The position numbers and the translations under genes are program-made. From Stegostoma tigrinum (taxonomy: Eukaryota), in assembly GCF_030684315.1 (NCBI RefSeq), contig NC_081391.1, positions 13,927,342-13,991,341 of the forward strand: 64,000 nucleotides of DNA, in the 5' to 3' direction. How positions within the stretch are numbered: the first letter of the stretch is position 1; every line of letters starts with the position of its first letter. The notes below the pieces were generated by a model that saw only the letters and a list, made by a program, of their open reading frames with translations, made no database searches and was not told where the DNA came from. Positions 61,301 through 64,000 of this stretch are shown one piece after another.

Positions 61301-62886
61301 GGTGCTTAGAGTGGAAATGCTCTTCTCTCTACAGACAAGAACAGGCATGGTCAATTCACAGGTTTTGGTCAAGGAATTTCAAGTTTGCCTGGTTACCAGG
61401 AGGAGGCGAGGGTTGTTTTTGATGATCCTTGAACTGGAGCCACTGGCTAATTGGACAATGGTTCTCATCCACCTTGATGTATTTAAAAAAACATGTCATG
61501 TTTATTGACTTCTCAATTTGATTGAAGGCTAAACCAGTCATGTCTGGCACCAATTGCATGATGTTTAATGGTTGTAACTTGTTTTCTCCCAGATGTCCTA
61601 CTTTGACCGGGATGATGTTGCCCTCCCCCATGTCTCCCAGTTCTTCCAAGATCAGTCCCAGGAGAAGCAGGAACATGCAGAGAAGCTGCTGAAATTCCAG
61701 AATCAGCGTGGAGGCAGAGTCCTCCTCCAGGATGTGAAGGCTGGTGTTGGGTTTTTGGGGTGGGGGGAGTTGGGTGGTAGAGAGTGGCTGCTCCTCAGGG
61801 ATGGCACAGTGACTCGGTGTTTACCATGCATGCCTCAGTGCCAGGGATCCAAGTTTTGTTCTTGGTTCTAGGCTCCAGTGAACGACTGGAGTTTACTTGC
61901 TCTTGCCATGTCCACATTGGCTTCACGGTTCAATGACGTGTGGGTTAGAAGGATTGCCATTTAAAATGCAGGGTTACAGGAATAAGGTGGGATTGTTCAC
62001 AGAAGGGACTTGTAGCGACGAACGCAGTGGCCGTACCTGCTGATCGGGGATGAATAAAACGATGTAGTGACCTTTGTTATTGTCACCATGTGTCAAATAG
62101 CCTGTTCCCATGCTGCAGAGATTCTGAAGCTTACCTGTCCTTCTCTCCATCCCCAGAAGCCAGAGAGGGCTGAGTGGGGTAACAGCCTGCAGGCGCTGCA
62201 GGTTGCCCTGGATCTGGAGAAGAATGTGAACCAGAGTTTGCTGGATCTACACCAACTCGCCACAGCCCAGACTGACCCTCATGTGAGCTTTCCCACCTCC
62301 TCGTTCTGATCACTGCTAGGCCCTCAGGGCAACACCTCATTGGTCTTTTGTAGATTAAAATTCACTGGGATACTTTGATCACAATATCATATCTGAACAG
62401 TATGTTCATTTAATCAACATTAAAACAGCTCAGCAATGAGCTGAAATGGGAATTTGGATTCAGTACCACGAGTGATGTTGGCCACTGAATTCACTTTCAG
62501 GGCCACTTGCAGTAGAATGATCATTGTCTGTCACAGTTCAGCTCGGCTCCACTTCACAAACAACAAGGTGCATCTGGAATGTTACTGTCCTCCCTGGCGC
62601 AACATCTAGATGTCAGTGGCTTTTCCAGCTGTCGAGAGCCAGTTATGGTGGGGTCTGTTTCGCAGTGGGAATTCTGAAAATTTCCTGGATCATGCAAATG
62701 TACCAAGTTGCCATAATTCCTCTGTTGCAGCTGTGTGACTTCCTGGAGACCCACTATTTGGATGAGGAGGTGGAGATCATCAAGCAACTTGGGGACTACA
62801 TCACCAACCTGAAGCGCCTGGGAGCCCCTGAGAATGGGATGGGAGAGTACCTGTTTGACAGGCTCTCCCTGGAGGACAGCAGTTAG
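58310..62886 (+). CDS. Ferritin subunit copy 8 (near-duplicate of copy 2); exons 58310-58411, 61593-61739, 62157-62282, 62731-62886; GC donor after exon 2
   Basis: Same protein as copy 2 apart from QALQV vs QAMQV. The donor is AAG|GCTGGT. Confidence 0.88.
59631..61205 (-). mobile_element. Degenerate Penelope-like retroelement in intron 1 of copy 8 (duplicate of 11772-13345)
   Basis: Near-identical to the copy 2 insertion. Confidence 0.75.
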
Positions 62887-64000
62887 TGTGGCCTGGAGTA
62901 CTGTCTGCTTGGTCTGAATGCATTCCCCACTTCACCCTGGGCAATCTGTCTCCTTCCAGGGAGAAGGGACTTGTAGCAAAGAATGTAATGGCTGTACCAG
63001 CTGAATGCAAATGAATAAAATGATGTGTTTATCTTGGTTCTTGTCCATCATTCAGACAGCTGGACGCTGCAGGTTCTCACCAATAGGCCGATGGGAAGAG
63101 ATATCAGGCTCTGCTTTCTGCCCAGGTGCAGGAAACAGTTCAGCTGGGACTGAGATGAGTTCAACCTGACTCGTATCCTCCCAATGGGCCCTGACATGAC
63201 CAGCATATTCTGTTTTACATTTGCTGCCTTTATCTCATGTGGACACAGCCTAAAGTTACTGGGAGCCGGTGAAGGTTCAAACCAAGGCCAGTACTGGTGG
63301 GCTGAGACCTACCCTGCCTTGTTACAGCCTACTGTAGTTGACAGCACTGAACAGTTCATTCCTCTTGTTGTGGGAGTTAAATATGCTGCTACCCTGAAGG
63401 GATCTTGGTGTAATTACCCTTAGCCTCGAGTCAATTCTCCTAGGAGCATTCTGAAGCTGGCCTAATGTGGCTTTTGTCAGTTTACTTTCTCTGACCTGTT
63501 CCAACACCTTCATTGCTTTTCTCACCCCTCCCACCACCCCACTCCTAGCAATAAACTTCCACCCTGCCAGTCTACAGCTGGGAAAATTCAGCCCCAACAT
63601 TGACAGCACCCATATTCCATGGAGTTAGCTCAGGAAATTATCTTGAACTGTTACATGCTCATGTATGAGCTCAATACCACTTCGAGCACCATCACTGTGT
63701 CTTTTGGAGTAACACAGCAACACTCGTGGTTCAATGCTGCCATTTGATTGGCTCTTGCTGCTAAAGCCAGCATTGAGTGCACTAAGCTGCTCCCTTGGTT
63801 CCTCTGTGCTTCACACACGCTGAGGGTTACTCCTGATGAAGGTAGATTTCACCCAATCACATTGAAGCATCAGTGCGACTTGGAGAGGAGACCGTGAGAT
63901 GCTGACTTTCCTGTACGACTGCTTCTTCTATCTTTTTGAGGTGTCAGAGAGATGATGGGTTGAGGAGGGGGTGATCAGAGCCAGCCTGGGGATTGTTCCA

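Larger units (their letters stand above)
52935..64000 (+). repeat. Recent segmental duplicate of ~5144-16140 (offset ~47.8-47.9 kb): higher-order repeat unit
   Basis: The ORF track is duplicated one-for-one (5361/53165, 8092/55945, 13734/61593, 15463/63322), with only scattered substitutions and small indels. Confidence 0.95.

Noticed and set aside
1-64000. Prokaryotic systems (CRISPR array, operon, retron) or a magnetoreception role for the ferritin array
   Set aside because: The sequence is spliceosomal-intron vertebrate DNA with no repeat-spacer arrays, and the RT pieces are LINE/PLE relics. Nothing in the sequence supports a magnetic-sense function.

Overview
Eukaryotic vertebrate DNA; the repeat content (CR1 LINEs, tRNA-derived SINEs, Penelope-like elements) suggests a cartilaginous fish, probably a shark (inference). 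The whole window is a head-to-tail tandem array of eight + strand, four-exon ferritin genes (176 aa; coding exons of 102/147/126/156 bp; all introns phase 0), spaced about 6-10 kb apart. Copy 1 is cut by the left edge and the repeat continues past the right edge. The subunits are H/M-like in overall sequence, but every copy has L-chain-type changes at the ferroxidase centre (E62K, Q141E, hydrophobic residue 144; human H numbering). No visible 5' leader has an iron-responsive element. Instead the copies share a ~200-bp promoter block with a DR1 (AGGTCA-A-AGGTCA), CCAAT boxes, an ATCAATTGAT palindrome and a TATA box. Exon 4 is almost identical across copies, while helix-B residues in exon 2 are combinatorially shuffled. 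The array shows a ~47.9-kb higher-order repeat, a chimeric copy 1, a promoterless copy 3, a frameshifted copy 6 and GC donors in copies 2, 3 and 8. Introns and spacers hold CR1 and L2-like LINE fragments, SINEs, a degenerate Penelope-like element and short hairpin Penelope-derived insertions with target-site duplications and a degenerate hammerhead core. Most ORFs in the supplied track are spurious.
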